Sequence record: OU343167.1
DNA: 64,000 nucleotides
Strand: one strand, 5' to 3'
Both the position numbers and the translations under genes were made by a program. Within the stretch, counting starts at the first letter, position 1, and each line of letters opens with the position of its first letter. The notes below the pieces were generated by a model, which did not search any database, had not been told where the DNA came from, and was given only the letters and a program-made list of their open reading frames with translations. Positions 62,780-64,000 of the stretch are shown here, piece after piece.

Positions 62780-64000
62780 TTAAATCCTACTTTTCGGTTC
62801 CCCAGTCATATACCGGAGAGTTAGATTAAGCGTGTGGATGTTGACACTGAATGCAAGACCACCACCAGCCTTGATATAAGCTAAACGAGATTTAAAGAAT
62901 CGATCGGATTCTTCAATAGCCTCTTTAGAATACACGGCATTGAATGACACAGTGTCACCGTCGAAGTCCGCACCAAGAGGAGCAAGTATAGACGGGGAAA
63001 TAGACGTGGAGTCATGCCATTGCGCCGGTTCGTTAATAGTGATGATTGGATATTCTAATGCGATCTCAGCATTAGTATCTCGTTCCCAGTCCCAACCAAG
63101 TGGGTAGCGCATCTCACCTTTAACAGTTGTCTTCACGTACATCTTTACAGGAATAGAACTGTTATAGTTCTCAACAGGGTAACGAGTAACGAATGCGGAG
63201 TTTCTTTTCCACATAGGTAATCCGCTTAGGTAAATCAATTCAGCATAGGAAATAGGACGCACGAACTTCTTGTCGAGCTTCTTCGGCATTTCTTCAATAT
63301 CCCTAAAGATCTTGAAGTTTTGCTTGTCATCAAGATAGACCAATGCCAAATAATGTCCAGCGATCTCAATTGCACGAGAACGCTTTTCGATGACCTTTAG
63401 TTCACCAATAACACGTTCAAGACCTTCGGGAGTTCCCCATAGGTCCATCTCTTCGTTACTAATATTAACCCATTCCAGTTTCAATGTCTTCTTATTTATA
63501 AGCTCAACACGAGTAGAGAGACTATCGAAGACTTGACCGACAACACCATTGCGTAAATGGTAAATAGTCTTTGGTTTAACGGATACAGCTGCTTGATAAA
63601 TACCAATTACAGCATCTTTGAACTTAGGACGGTTTGGCTGATCAAGATCAGCAGCATTGGTATCAAGCGAACTAATAACGTTACGAGTACCATTAAATAC
63701 TCGACGAGATGCCCATTTCTGTTGAATATAACCACCCTTGCCAGATAATAGGTTTTCGTAATGGTTATAAATCGCAAGAGCAGTCAACTGCATCGAAGTA
63801 CGCTTACGATCATAAATACTCAGATCGTCATTAGGTCCGAAATATTCAGGAACACCATAAGACTGGTTAAGCAGATATCGATAGTGTTCGTTAACTTCGT
63901 CCATCGATACACGGCCATCAACATCAATCTCGGCCTCACGATATGCAGCTGGAATAACGAGCATGTTTTTGAATGTACAGTTTTTCATGTACTTCTTCAT
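62780..64000 (-). CDS. rpoC: Virion RNA polymerase beta'-like subunit (gp180-like), 5' part outside the window
   Basis: LAPLGADFDGDT catalytic motif; TRYP; RNVI. Confidence 0.92.
   Translation of the reverse strand: MKKYMKNCTFKNMLVIPAAYREAEIDVDGRVSMDEVNEHYRYLLNQSYGVPEYFGPNDDLSIYDRKRTSMQLTALAIYNHYENLLSGKGGYIQQKWASRRVFNGTRNVISSLDTNAADLDQPNRPKFKDAVIGIYQAAVSVKPKTIYHLRNGVVGQVFDSLSTRVELINKKTLKLEWVNISNEEMDLWGTPEGLERVIGELKVIEKRSRAIEIAGHYLALVYLDDKQNFKIFRDIEEMPKKLDKKFVRPISYAELIYLSGLPMWKRNSAFVTRYPVENYNSSIPVKMYVKTTVKGEMRYPLGWDWERDTNAEIALEYPIITINEPAQWHDSTSISPSILAPLGADFDGDTVSFNAVYSKEAIEESDRFFKSRLAYIKAGGGLAFSVNIHTLNLTLRYMTGEPKSRI

Overview
64-kb segment of a phiKZ-like Pseudomonas-type jumbo (nucleus-forming, Chimalliviridae-like) myophage genome. 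From recalled gene order it corresponds roughly to phiKZ gp126-gp180; gp numbers below are inferred from synteny and motifs, not from database searches. Recognisable genes: probable portal, a gp131-135-like tail fibre/baseplate paralog cluster, RuvC resolvase, overlapped spanin pair, KZ144-type endolysin, two long fibres (one collagen-like), three virion RNA polymerase subunits (gp149-, gp178- and partial gp180-like with ADFDGD), UvsX/RecA, RNase H, gp162/163-like head proteins, PAAR tip plus central spike, SbcC/Rad50, prohead protease, and small accessory ORF cassettes behind TATATTAC early promoters. No tRNA, CRISPR array, intron or transposase was seen. Most notable unexplained observations: (1) two tandem paralogs of the prohead protease at the window start that have Gly at the catalytic Ser position; (2) a 2OG-Fe(II) oxygenase plus a degenerate twin embedded in the tail-fibre operon of a phage with a collagen-like fibre; (3) an oriented family of CATA-NN-GCCC...GGGC-NN-TATG palindromes that bracket promoter-containing accessory cassettes; (4) an early protein with a ribosomal L7/L12 C-terminal motif; (5) a second spanin-like membrane/lipoprotein pair; (6) several structured untranslated leaders.
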